A DNA stretch of 64,000 bases, taken from positions 128,001 through 192,000 of the forward strand of contig CAWGMK010000006.1 in NCBI GenBank assembly GCA_963823655.1. Direction: 5' to 3'. Both the position numbers and the translations under genes were made by a program. The stretch is from an uncultured Bacillota bacterium (GTDB lineage Bacteria; Bacillota; DTU025; MWDF01). This document shows, one piece after another, positions 1-12,260 of the stretch. Numbering within the stretch: position 1 is the first letter of the stretch; every line of letters starts with the position of its first letter. Below the pieces are notes generated by a model, which had not been told where the DNA came from, did no database searches, and saw only the letters and a program-made list of their open reading frames with translations.

Positions 1-20
1 GATCCCTGCTAGGCGCGCCA
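1..20 (+). tRNA. 3' end of a tRNA cut by the window edge (possibly tRNA-Arg)
   Basis: GATC|CCTGC|TAGGCGC|G|CCA fits the end of a T-loop, the T-stem 3' side, the acceptor 3' strand, a G discriminator and CCA. The acceptor end nearly matches tRNA-Arg at 43747-43822. The anticodon lies outside the window. Confidence 0.6.
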
Positions 21-136
21 TTTAACCAACAGACTATCCAATTATGCCCATTCTTTTTTCCCTTGCTCATTTTTCGTAGTGTGAGTATCATATACCTTGG
101 TATTCTTTGCGCACAATTATTCTGGAGGTGTGCAAT

Positions 137-464
137 TTGCTTAAGCAAGCCCTTGACGTACTGAAAAAAGCGGAAACCGATGCAGAACTTACGGTAGCTT
201 CCGCTAAGAAACGTTCCACCGAGATTCGCAACTAAGGCCGAAGAGGAAAAGGCGGAGTTAATCAGCAAATCGATAGCAGCCGCAAAGGCAGAAGCCCTCG
301 CGGTCGCATCAAGATATGAGGCCGAGGCGGATTCGATCAAGGCCGATTCGGAACGCAAGTCGGTTGAGGAGGCAAAGCTTATCGAAAAGGCAGCTGCCGC
401 CAACCGGACGAAAGCGCTCAATAAGGCAGTCGAGAGGATAGTGAGACGTAATGGCCATCGCTGA
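137..464 (+). CDS. V/A-type ATPase peripheral stalk subunit H/G (frameshift near 230)
   Basis: GGAGG RBS then TTG. MLKQALDVLKKAETDAE continues in another frame as TKAEEEKAELISK...AVERIVRRNGHR*, an A/E/K coiled coil that overlaps the subunit I start. Not in the ORF track. Confidence 0.7.
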
Positions 465-2431
465 GATGCTCAGAGTGGCCGTTGTAGGCCTCACCGATGA
501 CGCCGATAAAACTTCCGAGATTCTGCAAAAGCATGGCTGTGTCCAGATCGAGGCGATAACCGAGGAGGGCCATACAAAAAGGCTGTCCGACGGCACCAAC
601 CTCCAGGACAGGGCGATGAAGGCGGAGGAGCTGGCAATTGACCTGAAGGCTGCGCTTGACTTTATGGACAGGCAGAAGCAGGTCAAGAAGGGAATGCTCG
701 ATACCTTCATTGGATGGCATTACAGAATTGGCGAGGATGAGTACCTTAAACACGTAGCAGGCGGCGAGACGCGCGCCCGCGAGATTTCGGAGCTGGCCAG
801 GCAGTCCGAGGGCCTTCTCAATAATATTGCCAATGAAATCAAAGCCATCGATTCCAAAGTCGAGGCTTTGCGTCCATGGACTTCCATAGAGATCCCCACG
901 GCGGATTTCCTGCGGCTTAAGCACCACTCCTTCTATTTCCTTTCGGCAGACGCAGTGAAGGGCCTGAAAAGCCTCGATGAAGCGCTCAAAGGGCTTGAAG
1001 AACCGGCTGCCTACCAGGAGCTTTCAAGAGACGACAGGAAGGTATATGGCATAATCGCCGTAAACAAGGCCGACGCCCAGAAGTGCCTGCAGCTGCTCGC
1101 CCAGGAGGGCTATGACGCCGCGGAGATGATGGATTCGACGCTTCCGCCTGCAATGGAGATAAAGAAGCTTGAAGGCAGGAAGGCGGAGCTTCTAAAAGCC
1201 CAGGAGACGGCGAAGCAGGGTGCTCTGAAGCTTTGCGACCTGAGGCCGGAGGCGTTCAGCCTATATGATCATTACGCCAATGAAAAGACCCGCTACGAGA
1301 CCGCGGGCGGCTTTCTTGCCACAGAAACATCCTTCGCGCTAGAAGGATGGGTGAGGAAGGACCTTCTCCAGGGGCTCCAGAAGGAACTTGGCCAGAAAGT
1401 GGCCTCCGCCGTTGTAATCAGCCGCAAGCCTGAAGAAGGCGAGGACGTCCCGGTAGACCTCATCAACAAAGGGATCTTCAGCCCGTTCGAGTCGGTTACA
1501 AGGATCATGGGCCTTCCCAGGCAGGGAAGCGTAGATCCGACGCCTCTTCTTGCGGTTTTCTTCTTCATTTACTTCGGCACATGCATGGGCGATGCGATTT
1601 ATGGGATTATAATGACGGCGCTGGGCTCTATACCTGCTCAAGAAGATCAAGACCGCAGGCATGGGAACGCAGCTGCTGCAGCTCTTAGTCGTGGGCGGCA
1701 TCGCGACCATTTTGATGGGAGTGCTGTTCGGCGGCTACTTCGGAGACCTGTTCATAAAGTATCTGAAGCCGTTGTGGTTCGACCCGATGAGCCCCAATGG
1801 CCCGCTACTCTTCCTGGGCTTCTCCTTTGGAATGGGCGTAGTGCAGATATTCTTCGGAATGGGCATCAAGGCCTGGGACAACGCACGCAACGGCAGATGG
1901 CTCTCCGCAATATACGACCAGGGCTTCTGGGTGGTGCTTCTGCTGGGAGTTGGGCTTCTAATCGGCGGAGGGGCTCTTGGTCCCGGATACTCAACAATAG
2001 GCAAATGGTTGTCAATAGCGGGCGCCGCAGGGCTGGTGCTGACTCAGGGCAGGCACCATAAGAACCCGGTCATGAAGCTGGGCGGCGGAATTGTAGGCTT
2101 ATACAACATCACTTCCTACATGAGCGACGTCGTGTCCTATTCGAGGCTTTTCGGCCTCGGTTTCACAAGTATCGTTATCGGCATGGTCATCAACTACATG
2201 GCCAAGATGGTGCTCGAAATACCCATCGTGGGATACGTCCTGTTCGTTGTGATACTCGTATTCGGGCACATGTTCAACCTCTTCATCAACATAACCGGCG
2301 CTTTCATACACTCCTCAAGGCTTCAGTATGTTGAGTTCTTCGGCAAGTTCGCCGATTTCGGCGGCACGAAGTACTCGCCGTTCCGAAAGTTCAACAAGTA
2401 TGTAGATATAGACTTCAAGGAGGCAAAATAA
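451..2431 (+). CDS. ntpI: V/A-type ATPase subunit I (a), frameshift near 1630
   Basis: ORFs 451..2061 and 1661..2431 join. Motifs PFESVT..MGLP..G.VDPTP, SDVVSYSRLFGLG and HSSRLQYVEFFGKF. Confidence 0.95.
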
Positions 2432-2432
2432 G

Positions 2433-2902
2433 ATGACTGACGGAACCGTTCTCACACTTCTGGCGATCGCTATCGCAGTAGGCCTTCCGGGCTGCGGATC
2501 TTCCTATCGGAGTTGGCCTTGTGGGCCAGGCAGGCTCGGGCGTCGTATCTGAGGACCCAGACAAATTCGGACAGATCCTGCTTCTGCAAATCGTCCCGGG
2601 AACACAGGGTATCTACGGAGTACTGGCGGGCCTCATGATCATGCTGCAGAGCAGGCTTCCTCGCAGGCAACATCCCCGCGTTCACGTTGCTTGAAGGCTG
2701 GGCCTATGTAATGGCGGCCCTGCCGATAGGTCTCGTCGGCCTCGTGTCGGCAATCTATCAGGGCAAAGTCGCGGCATCCGGCGTCGGCATCATCGCGAAG
2801 AAACCCGGCGAGATGGGCAAGGCGATCCTGTTCGCCGCCATGGTCGAGACCTATGCAATCCTTTCGCTCTTGGTAAGCCTGCTGCTGATCATCAGGCTAT
2901 AG
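2433..2902 (+). CDS. ntpK: V/A-type ATPase subunit K (c), two-hairpin, Na+-type; two frameshifts
   Basis: ATG at 2433 gives MTDGTVLTLLAIAIAVGLPGCGS, then GVGLVGQAGSGVVSEDPDKFG..QIVPGTQGIYG, then SAIYQGKVAA...MVETYAIL. Confidence 0.92.
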
Positions 2903-2921
2903 AAATCTACGGAGGCGTACC

Positions 2922-3539
2922 ATGGACAACCTCTCACCTTTGGTGAAGAAGATCATGCAAAAAGCTGAGGAAGAGGCAGCGGCCATCTTGGCTGAGGCTG
3001 AGGCTTCTGGCAAAGAAGACGGCCGAGGCCGCATCTTCGGAAGCCGGGCTGAAAGCGAAAGAGATATTGGCCAACGCCGAAGCTCTGGGCAAAGAGGCCG
3101 TAAGGCGCGCGAATGTGCAGGCGTCTATTGGCCGTCAGGAATGCCAGCCTTGCCGAGAAGGGCAAAAGGGTGCAGATGAATACTCGAGAGCCTTCCGGCG
3201 AAGCTCCATTCCCTGAACGACAAGGACTACGCGACCATGATGAGAGGCTTCGTGCTTTCGGTGGCGCCTCTGGGCCTGGTGCACGTGCTGCCGGCCCCCA
3301 AGGATAAGGAGGTCTTCAACTCGGCCTTCGTTAGCGGGATGAATGAGGTATTGCAGGGCAGGGGCCAGGATACCACTCTCATACTCACGGGCGACGACGC
3401 CGATATCGAAGGCGGGCTCCTCCTCAAGGGGGATAACGTCTCCGTGGACTGCTCATTGCTTTCGATATGCGAGTATTACGGCGAAGAGCTTGAGCCTATA
3501 GTCTCGGCCGCACTTTTCTCGGACGAACCGAACCGTTAA
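2922..3539 (+). CDS. ntpE: V/A-type ATPase subunit E (frameshifted)
   Basis: N-terminal coiled coil KKIMQKAEEEAAAILAEAE and C-terminal IEGGLLLKGDNVSVDCS...LF. Operon position between K and C. Confidence 0.85.
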
Positions 3540-3551
3540 GGGGTTTTGCAG

Positions 3552-4626
3552 ATGGAGAACATCGGAACCTATGCATATGCAGTAGGAAGGGTGAAAGCCC
3601 TCGAGTCCAGGCTGCTCGACTCCTCAAGCATGCAGAGGATGATCGACGCGCCCAACTTCGACGAGGCCATGCGGTTCCTTGCGGATAGCGAATACTCCGG
3701 AAGGATACAGAAGCTGAGCTTCGAGGGGGCATTGAACGCGTCAGTGAAGCAGGTAAATGAGATCATGGCGTCATTCTCGCCGATCCGTACTTCACGGGCA
3801 TGTTCTATGCCGAGTACGATTTCATAAGGCTGAAGGCATTCCTTAAGGCTGCTTTCATGAAGTCGGCAGGGCTGCAGGCCGTTCTAGGGGAGGCGCCGGA
3901 GCTTGGTTTCTTGCCGGTAAGCCGGATCGAGGAGATAGCCATTCGGGCATCATCGGCCGGCGAGGGCAAAGATCCATTCGGGAGGCGCCATGCCGGGGGC
4001 TGAGGAGAAGAAGCTAAAGGATGAAGAGGCGCTCATTTCGGCATTGGTCAAGGCCGCAAGCCTTGCTTGTGCGAACTTCAGGAAGTCAGGGGACGATCCT
4101 CTTGAGATCGATTCGGCAGTGGACGCCGCCTTCTTCTCATACATCTCCGAGATAGCGTCGTCCAGGTCGGCCCAGTGGGCGCAGAGTATAGTCGCCGCCA
4201 AGGCTGACATGGCCAACATGCTCTGGTGATGAGGGCGCCGCCGCAGGCAAGGATGCGCTTTTCGTGAAGTCCTCCCTTGTAAGCGGGGGACGTATGGAGA
4301 AAGCCGCTTTCCTGGAGGCTGCAAAAGAGGGCGAGGGCAGGCTGAGGCGAGCCCTTGAGGCCAGCCCATACTGCAGGGCGATTGGGGCCGCTTTCGAGCT
4401 TTGGGCGAAGGACGGGGCGCTGAGGCCTTTCGAGATGGCAGCCGACGCATACGTCTACTCGCTGGCAAAAGAGGCGAAGTCGATGACCGACGGCTATGCC
4501 CCTGTGATGGGATATCTTCTTATGAAGCAGCAGGAGGCATCTATGCTGAGGCGGATCCTGGCTGGCAAGGCCAAGGCGCTGGCGCCGTCTTTCATACGCG
4601 AGAGGTTGAGTGACGGGAATGCATAA
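3552..4626 (+). CDS. ntpC: V/A-type ATPase subunit C (frameshifted)
   Basis: YAYAVGRVKALESRLL at the N-terminus and PVMGYLLMKQQE...LRRIL...IRERL at the C-terminus, spread over four ORF pieces. Confidence 0.88.
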
Positions 4627-4951
4627 GATGGCAGTAATCGGAGACGCGTCGTCTATTGCAGGCTTCGTGGCCTTGGGGCTTACGGTAATGCCTGCAGCGG
4701 ATGCTGCCGAGGCGACCTCCCTTCTAAAGAAGGCCGCCGACACAGGACACGCAGTGATTTTCATAACGGAGGGATACGCGGCGGGCATGCTGGATGCTAT
4801 TGCAGCATATGCCAAGAAACCGCTGCCTATAGTGCTCTCCATTCCGGACAATGAAGGAAATGCCGGAGCGGCTTTGGCAAAGCTGAGGCGCACGGTTGAG
4901 AAGGCGCTCGGCGCCGATATACTCTTCGGGAAAGAAGGTACTGGCCAGTGA
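4610..4951 (+). CDS. ntpG: V/A-type ATPase subunit F
   Basis: KMAVIGD..SIAGF.ALG, VIFITE, LPIVLSIP and VEKALGADIL. Confidence 0.92.
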   Translation: MTGMHKMAVIGDASSIAGFVALGLTVMPAADAAEATSLLKKAADTGHAVIFITEGYAAGMLDAIAAYAKKPLPIVLSIPDNEGNAGAALAKLRRTVEKALGADILFGKEGTGQ

Positions 4952-6737
4952 GCACTGACATGCTAGTAGGCAGGATAACCAAGGTAAGCGGCCCCCTCGT
5001 AGTTGCGGAGGGCATGGCCGGAGCCAAGATGTACGACGTCGTAAGGGTCTCGGACAAGAGGCTTGTCGGCGAGATCATCGAGATGAGGGCGGACAAGGCC
5101 TCCATACAGGTCTATGAGGAGACCTTCGGCCTGGGCCCCGGAGAGCCGGTATTCTCGACAGGAGAGCCCCTTTCGGTAGAGCTGGGCCCCGGGCTTATCA
5201 GCTCGATCTACGACGGCATCCAGCGTCCGCTGCAGAAGATATACGAGAAGGAAGGGGACAGGATCACGCGCGGCGTCGAGGCCAACGGCCTTGACCACGA
5301 GCACAAGTGGGCCTTCTCCCCGGCAGTCAAGCCCGGCGACTTCGTCAAGGGCGGAGATATCATCGGCAAGGTGGAGGAGACCAAAGTAGTCGAGCACAGG
5401 GTCATGGTGCCTCACGGGCTTGCGGGCACTGTTGTCTCGGTCGAAAACGGCGAATTCACAATCGATGAGACGGTGGCCGTCATAAAAGACGATGCAGGGT
5501 GAGCTGCATAACGTGGCTATGCTGCAGCGCTGGCCCGTACGAAAAGGCAGGCCCGTACGGGCAGAAGCTCTCGCCTGACCAGCCTATGACCTCCGGCCAG
5601 AGGGTAATCGATACCTTCTTCCCGGTTGCAAAGGGCGGCACCGCATGCGTTCCCGGACCTTTCGGCTCGGGCAAGACGGTAGTGCAGCATCAGCTGGCCA
5701 AGTGGGCGGACGCGGACATAATAGTCTACGTCGGCTGCGGTGAGCGCGGCAATGAGATGACGGACGTGCTCATGGAGTTCCCGCACCTTATGGACCCGAA
5801 GAGCGGCGAGTCCCTGATGAAGAGGACAGTGCTTATTGCCAACACTTCGGACATGCCTGTTGCGGCAAGGGAATCTTCCGTTTACACAGGAATAACAATA
5901 GCCGAGTACTTCCGCGACATGGGCTACTCCGTTGCCCTTATGGCGGACTCGACGAGCCGCTGGGCTGAGGCCCTGAGGGAGATGTCAGGAAGGTTGGAGG
6001 AGATGCCCGGCGAAGAGGGCTACCCCGCCTACCTGGGCAGCAGGGCTGGCGGAGTTCTATGAGAGGGCAGGCAGGGTCAAGTGCCTCTGCAGCGGCGATC
6101 GTGAAGGCTTCCTCACAGTTATAGGAGCGGTAAGCCCCGCAGGCGGCGACCTATCTGAGCCTGTCACCCAGGCGACACTAGGATAGTGAAGGTCTTCTGG
6201 AGCCTCGAGGCAAGCCTGGCATATGCCAGACACTTCCCGGCGATAAGCTGGCTTACCAGCTATTCGCTGTATGAGGACCAGATTGCTGGATATCTCGAGA
6301 AGAGGATCGGCAAGGACTTCCTGGACATGAAGAAGGAAGCCATGAGGATACTTCAGGAGGAGGCCGAGCTATCTGAGATAGTCAGGCTGGTCGGCGTCGA
6401 CTCCCTTGGTCCCATGGACAGGATAACGCTGGAGACCGCGAAGACCATAAGGGAAGACTATCTGCATCAGAACGCATTCCACGAAGTGGACACATATACA
6501 TCCCTCGACAAGCAGAAGGCGATGCTTTCCGTAATCCTGGGCCAGGACAAGCAGATGAGGCGCGGCGCCGACGCGGGCGTTGAGCTGGAGAGGCTGCTGT
6601 CCATAAAGACCCGCGAGAAGGTCGGCCGCATGAAGTACATCGAGGAGAAGGATATCAACAAGATCAGCGCCATTGAGGAAGAGACGGCCGCACAGGTGGC
6701 AGCCCTTATGGCCGAGGGTGGTGAGCAGAATGCTTAA
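4948..6737 (+). CDS. ntpA: V/A-type ATPase catalytic subunit A (frameshifted)
   Basis: KVSGPLVVA, Walker [33 protein letters not shown] and [10 protein letters not shown] across pieces 4948, 5499 and 6186. Confidence 0.97.
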
Positions 6738-8121
6738 AGAATACAGGACCATTAAGGAGATCGTCGGCCCGCTGATGCTCGTAGAGATGGTCGAAGGCGT
6801 CAAGTACGGCGAACTGGTGGAAATCAGGCAGGCAGGGCGGAGAAGTCCGCCGCGGGCGCGTGCTGGAGAGCAACGGGGACAATGCATTGGTGCAGCTGTT
6901 TGAAGGCTCATCGGGCATAGACCTCACAAGCGCGACCGTAAGGTTCCTCGGCCACGGCATTGAGCTTGGCGTGTCGATGGACATGCTCGGCAGGATATTC
7001 AGCGGCATGGGCAAGCCCAGGGACAACGGCCCGCATATCATCCCCGAGAAGCGCATGGACATCAACGGGCTGCCGATGAACCCCTACGCCAGGGACTACC
7101 CATCGGAGTTCATCCAGACAGGTATTTCCGCGATTGACGGCCTGAATACGCTCGTGCGCGGCCAGAAGCTCCCCATATTCTCGGGCTCCGGCCTTCCGCA
7201 CTCGCAGCTCGCGGCCCAGATCGCAAGGCAGGCGAAGGTTTTGAGCTCCGGCGAGAACTTCGCCGTCGTGTTTGCCGCCATGGGCATCACGTTCGAAGAG
7301 GCCGACTTCTTCATCAAGGACTTCCAGAGAACGGGCGCCATCGAAAGGGCGGTCCTGTTCATCAACCTCGCCAACGACCCGGCCATCGAGAGGATCGCAA
7401 CGCCCAGGATGGCGCTGACAGCCGCCGAGTATCTGGCATATGAGAAGGACATGCACGTGCTGGTCATAATGACTGACATGACCAACTACTGCCGAAGCCC
7501 TGCGAGAAATATCCGCCGCCAGGAAAGAGGTCCCCGGCAGGCGCGGCTATCCCGGCTATCTGTACACCGACCTTGCGACACTGTATGAGCGGGCCGGCAG
7601 GATTAAGGGCCGCAAAGGCTCAATAACCCAGATACCGATACTATCGATGCCCGAAGACGACAAGACCCATCCGATACCGGACCTTACCGGCTATATCACG
7701 GAAGGCCAGATAGTCCTGTCCCGCGAGCTTCACAGGAAGGGCATCTATCCGCCTGTGGATACGTCTGCCGTCGCTTTCCAGGCTTAAGGACAAGGGCATA
7801 GGCAAGGGCAAGACGCGCGAAGACCACGCCGACACGATGAACCAGCTTTACGCGGCATATGCTCGCGGCAAAGAGGCCAAGGAGCTGGCAGTAATCCTAG
7901 GCGAGGCTGCGCTGTCCCCGGCAGACAGGGTATTTGCGAAGTTCGCGGACGAATTCGAGCGCAGATACGTCGCCCAGGGAGTCTATGAGGACCGCACCGT
8001 ATTCGAGACCCTTAGCATCGGCTGGGAGCTTCTCTCGATGCTTCCAAAATCCGAGCTCAAGAGGGTTCGCGAGGAATATATCGCGAAGTACATGCCGACT
8101 TCGGGCGGAGGCTCGAACTAG
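6730..8121 (+). CDS. ntpB: V/A-type ATPase subunit B (frameshifted)
   Basis: [45 protein letters not shown] and [22 protein letters not shown]. Confidence 0.97.
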
Positions 8122-8131
8122 CTGTTAGGAG

Positions 8132-8782
8132 GTGGCATCCTTGCTTAGCAATGTAAGCCCGACAAGGATGCAGCTCCAGAGGCTCAAGAAGCGTTATGTA
8201 GTTGCCAAGAGGGGCCACAAGCTGCTCAAGGATAAACTGGACGAACTGCTTAAGAACTTCCTGGAGCTGGTCAAGAAGAACAGGGACCTGAGGACCAAGG
8301 TTGACTCGGCGCTGGCGGAGGCCTTTACCGGCTTTGCCGTAGCGCGCGCAGTCATGTCCTCTTACGCAGTAGACGAAGCCCTGATGTTCCCGAAGGAGAG
8401 GGCATCTGTCACCGCCTCCTCCAGAAACCTCATGAGCGTACAGGTGCCGGTGCTCAAATGGAGCTTCGAGGAGCAGTCCGACCGCAGCCGCATCTACCCT
8501 TACGGCTTCGCCGCCACAAGCGCCGAGCTGGACAGGGCGATTAAGCTTCTTTCCGACACGATGCCGCTTCTAATCGAGCTGGCAGAGGTCGAAAAATCGG
8601 TAGAGCTGCTGGCAGAGGCCATAGAGACCACAAGGCGCCGCGTTAATGCGCTGGAGCATGTGCTAATACCCCAGCTTGAGGAGAGCATCAAGTACATAAA
8701 GATGAAGCTTGAGGAGCTCGAGAGGGGCAACCTGTCCCGCCTTATGAAGATCAAGGAGATCGTAAGGGCTAAAGGGGCATAG
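8132..8782 (+). CDS. ntpD: V/A-type ATPase subunit D
   Basis: PTRMQL..LKKR...A.RGHKLLKDK and IETTRRRVNALEHVLIP. Confidence 0.96.
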   Translation: MASLLSNVSPTRMQLQRLKKRYVVAKRGHKLLKDKLDELLKNFLELVKKNRDLRTKVDSALAEAFTGFAVARAVMSSYAVDEALMFPKERASVTASSRNLMSVQVPVLKWSFEEQSDRSRIYPYGFAATSAELDRAIKLLSDTMPLLIELAEVEKSVELLAEAIETTRRRVNALEHVLIPQLEESIKYIKMKLEELERGNLSRLMKIKEIVRAKGA

Positions 8783-8803
8783 CAATAGACTAGTTAAAAC
8801 TAG

Positions 8804-8842
8804 AAGGCGCAGCTCGCATTTAATTGCGAGCTGCGCCTTTTC
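8804..8842. terminator. Intrinsic terminator between the convergent ATPase and ABC operons
   Basis: 15-bp stem AAGGCGCAGCTCGCA / TGCGAGCTGCGCCTT followed by T residues. Confidence 0.85.
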
Positions 8843-8858
8843 GATTCCTGTGGGAAGG

Positions 8859-9964
8859 TTATCTTAAGGACGCGCCGGTCTGCTTGTCGAACAGGTGGAA
8901 CTTGGGCTTATCCACTTGAAGGACCACCTGCCTGCCAAACGCTGCTTTTGTCTTCGGGTCGACTTTCGCTGTGATCTGCCTTCCTTCTTCGGAGTAAGAT
9001 AGAGCATGGTCTCAGAGCCCATCGGTTCCACTACATCGGCCGTAGCCCTGATCTGAAGCGACTTGTCCGGCACCGGGACGAATTCGGCGTCTTCTATGTC
9101 CTCGGGCCTAATTCCGAGCACTACTTCTTTTCCTGTTGCCCTGTCCAGCCCTCTGAAGCGCTCAGTAGATATGGGAAGGGTGAACCCTTTTCCCAGGTCC
9201 ACATATGCGGCGCCGCCGGTTACAGTAAGTTCGCAGTCGAGAAGGTTCATGGACGGAGAGCCGATGAACCCTGCGACATATGAGCTGACAGGGTTTTCGT
9301 AAAGGTCCATCGGGGCGCCCTGCTGCTGGATGACGCCGCCTTTCATGAGGACGATGCGCTCTCCCATGGTCATCGCCTCCGTCTGGTCGTGCGTCACATA
9401 TATTATCGTCGTGCCGATGCGTTTGTGGATGCGGGAGAGCTCGGCCCTCATCTGTATCCTCAGCTTGGCATCCAGATTTGATAGGGGCTCGTCCATCAGG
9501 AATGCCTGAGGCTTCCTGACGATGGCCCTGCCAAGAGCCACCCTCTGCCGCTGCCCTCCGGAAAGGGCCTTGGGCTTCCTTTCAAGCAGATCCTCGATGC
9601 CCAGGATCTTCGCCGCCTCTTTGACCCTCTCATCGATCTCGGCCGTTGGGACTTTCTTCATCTTCAGCCCGAATGCCATGTTGTTGTAGACGTCCATATG
9701 AGGGTAGAGGGCGTAGTTCTGGAAGACCATCGCTATGTCGCGGTCTTTAGGCTGCACGCCGGTCATGGGCCTGCCGCCTATGAATATCTCGCCCTTATCC
9801 TGGTCCTCAAGGCCTGCGATCATCCTGAGGGTTGTCGTCTTGCCGCAGCCCGAAGGGCCTACAAGGACAAGGAACTCGCCGTCTTTTACCTCAAGGTTAA
9901 GTTCGCTGACAGCAGTAACCTTGCCGAACTTCTTGCTTATTCCTTCCAACCTTACTTCTGCCAT
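8859..9964 (-). CDS. Sugar ABC transporter ATP-binding protein (MalK/MsmX/UgpC family); C-terminal frameshift
   Basis: GPSGCGKTT, LSGGQRQRVALGR, MDEPLSNLDAKLR and YVTHDQTEAMT. The true C-terminus HLFDKQTGASLR* is in another frame. Confidence 0.95.
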
Positions 9965-9982
9965 TAAAACCTCCGCGGAATG

Positions 9983-10855
9983 TTATATGCCTAGCCTGAA
10001 AAGTATGGCCTGCCTGCTTGTCTCCGCTTCCTCTTCTACGCTGCCCTCCATGTTCAGGGCAACGACTCCCATAAGAAGGTCGACTACTGCGAGGCCGACT
10101 ACCCTGGGAATCGCCCACATGCCGATGTCCATGGGGCTTTGGCCGATCTCAGGGGATATTACGAAGTTGCACAGCTGACCCAGAGGCATAGCCGGGTAGT
10201 TGGTAATAGCAAGGGTTGTAGCCCCCATCTCCTTGGCGAGGGTGATGGAATCGACAATCTCCTTGGTCGTGCCCGAGAATGAGATGCCGATCGCCATGTC
10301 CTCGGGAGTAAGCTTCGACGCCTGCATATACTGCGCATAGGAGGATGATTCGAACTGCGTATCCAGACGAAGCCTCATCAGCCTGTTATTAAGCTCCGAG
10401 GCCACCACGGATGATAGCCCCGTGGCGAATATCGCTATCTTCCTGCTCTTTACTATCTTCTTCGCCGCGCTTTCCACCTGCGCCAGGTTCACCTGCGCAA
10501 ACGAGGCCTTCAAATATGAGGTGTGGGCTTCCAGTATCTTGTCGGAGAGCCTGCGAAGGTCGTCGTTTCCTTCCAGCATGTCCTCCATCTTCTTCGGGAC
10601 GGAGAAGGGCATGGAGCCCAGCTCCTGGACCATGGCTACTTTGAACTGCTTGAAGCCCGTGAAGCCGGCCTTCTTGCAGAATCTGACGACTGCGGCCTCC
10701 GACGAGCCGCTGAACTTGGCAAGCTCTGTGATTCCCATCTCCAGTATCATCGGAGGGTCTTTGAGAATCGACATTGCGACTTTCTGTTCGCTAGGGGCAA
10801 GCTTGGTAAAAAGGCTTTCAACCCGCACCAGATGGCCCTTCCTGAAAACCCCCAT
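9983..10855 (-). CDS. MurR/RpiR family transcriptional regulator
   Basis: HTH SEAAVVRFCKKAGFTGFKQFK and SIS domain ISFSGTTKE...AITNYP. Confidence 0.93.
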   Translation of the reverse strand: MGVFRKGHLVRVESLFTKLAPSEQKVAMSILKDPPMILEMGITELAKFSGSSEAAVVRFCKKAGFTGFKQFKVAMVQELGSMPFSVPKKMEDMLEGNDDLRRLSDKILEAHTSYLKASFAQVNLAQVESAAKKIVKSRKIAIFATGLSSVVASELNNRLMRLRLDTQFESSSYAQYMQASKLTPEDMAIGISFSGTTKEIVDSITLAKEMGATTLAITNYPAMPLGQLCNFVISPEIGQSPMDIGMWAIPRVVGLAVVDLLMGVVALNMEGSVEEEAETSRQAILFRLGI

Positions 10856-10927
10856 GAAAACCCTCCCTTCAAGTGTATATTTACATTATACATTCCAGGC
10901 TTGTTCCACTTGACAAGGATTTATGGT

Positions 10928-10963
10928 AAAAAATTCCGCCGGTCGTGTTTCATACCGGCGGAA
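10928..10963 (-). terminator. Intrinsic terminator after the substrate-binding protein gene
   Basis: TTCCGCCGGT / ACCGGCGGAA stem with a U-tract on the minus strand. Confidence 0.75.
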
Positions 10964-10976
10964 ATGAGCTAGCTGG

Positions 10977-12244
10977 TTATTTGCCCAGAAGCTCCTTTAT
11001 GATAACATTCGAATCCTCGACCGCCTTATCAAGGGTGGCGGTGGGGTCTTTCGTGTATTCTATCAGGACCTTCTCTCCTATGGAGTTGATGAGGTTTGAT
11101 ACTCTGGAGTATGAAAGGACGTTGGGCCTCGGCCTTGCGTAATCAAGCTGAGATACGACCGTCGCTACCAACGGATCCGTCGAAATCACTTTCTTGTATG
11201 CTGCTGAGGAAAGGGCCGATTTCCTGGTCGGCGTGTAGCCCGTAGCAGTTGCCCATCTGACGGACACATCGGCGCTGGTGATCCACTTCACGAATGAGAA
11301 GGCGAGGTCCTCGCGCTCCTTCGTGGACTTGAACATGCCGACGCTGTTGCCGCCGACGCCCGTCACTTTCTTTACGCCCGAAGGCAAGTGTGCGATGCCC
11401 ATTTCGAAGGTGGCAGCGGACTTGTAATAGCCGAGCGATGAAGTGCTCGCAAGCACCATGGCCGCCCTTGCGTTAAGGAATGCGTCGGTTATGTTGGCCG
11501 CGGGCATCACCTGGTTGGTGATGAGCTTCTGCAGGTACTGCACCGCCTTTACAGCTTCAGCCGAATTGAATGCAGCTGCACGTGAAGTCCTTGTTGTAGA
11601 GCTCGGCTCCCGCCTGCCAGAGGAAAGTCACGAAGTAATAGACCATGCCCGTGTTTGCCGTTGTGGGCATCCAGAGGCCGAACTGGTCCACCTTGCCGTC
11701 CTTGTTCGTGTCCTTGGACAGCTTAAGGCCCATCTGGTAGAGCTCTTCCCAGGTGGAAGGCGGATCATTGGGATCAAGCCCTGCCTGCTTGAACAGGTCC
11801 TTGTTGTAGAAGAGCGCCTGGTTCGACATGCCAAAGGGCATGGTCCAGAGGCTGCCGGCATAGCTTGCCGCCTGCCTGGCACCCGCCAGGAAATCGGCCT
11901 CGTCGGCTTCGCTAAGCCTGCCATCCAGGTTGACAAGCGCGCCGGAATTGGCAAGCTCAGGCACCCAGAACTGGTCCATGAGGGCGATGTCCGGGGCGGA
12001 TTTGGCTACGATGGATGCCAATATCTTATCCTGCATTGTCCTGTTGTTGCCGCCGTATGAGAGCTCAATGAAGACGTCCGGATTGCTTGCGTTCCACTCA
12101 TCTACGAGGCCCTTCAGGATCCCGCTGGTGTCGCTGCCGAGGTAGTGCCAGAAAGTAAGCGTGTTCTTGGGCGCCGCTATGCCTGTTGCGGCGAAGGCCG
12201 CTATAAGGGCTGTTGCTAGATATTACTGTCAGTATCTTTCTCAT
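10977..12244 (-). CDS. Sugar ABC transporter substrate-binding protein (frameshifted)
   Basis: Signal peptide MRKILTV.., then TLTFWHYLG, APDIALMD, LFYNKDLFKQAGLDP..PPSTWEEL and WATATGYTP. ORFs 11557..12036 and 10977..11543 join. Confidence 0.9.
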
Positions 12245-12260
12245 CTTTTTCTCACTCCTG

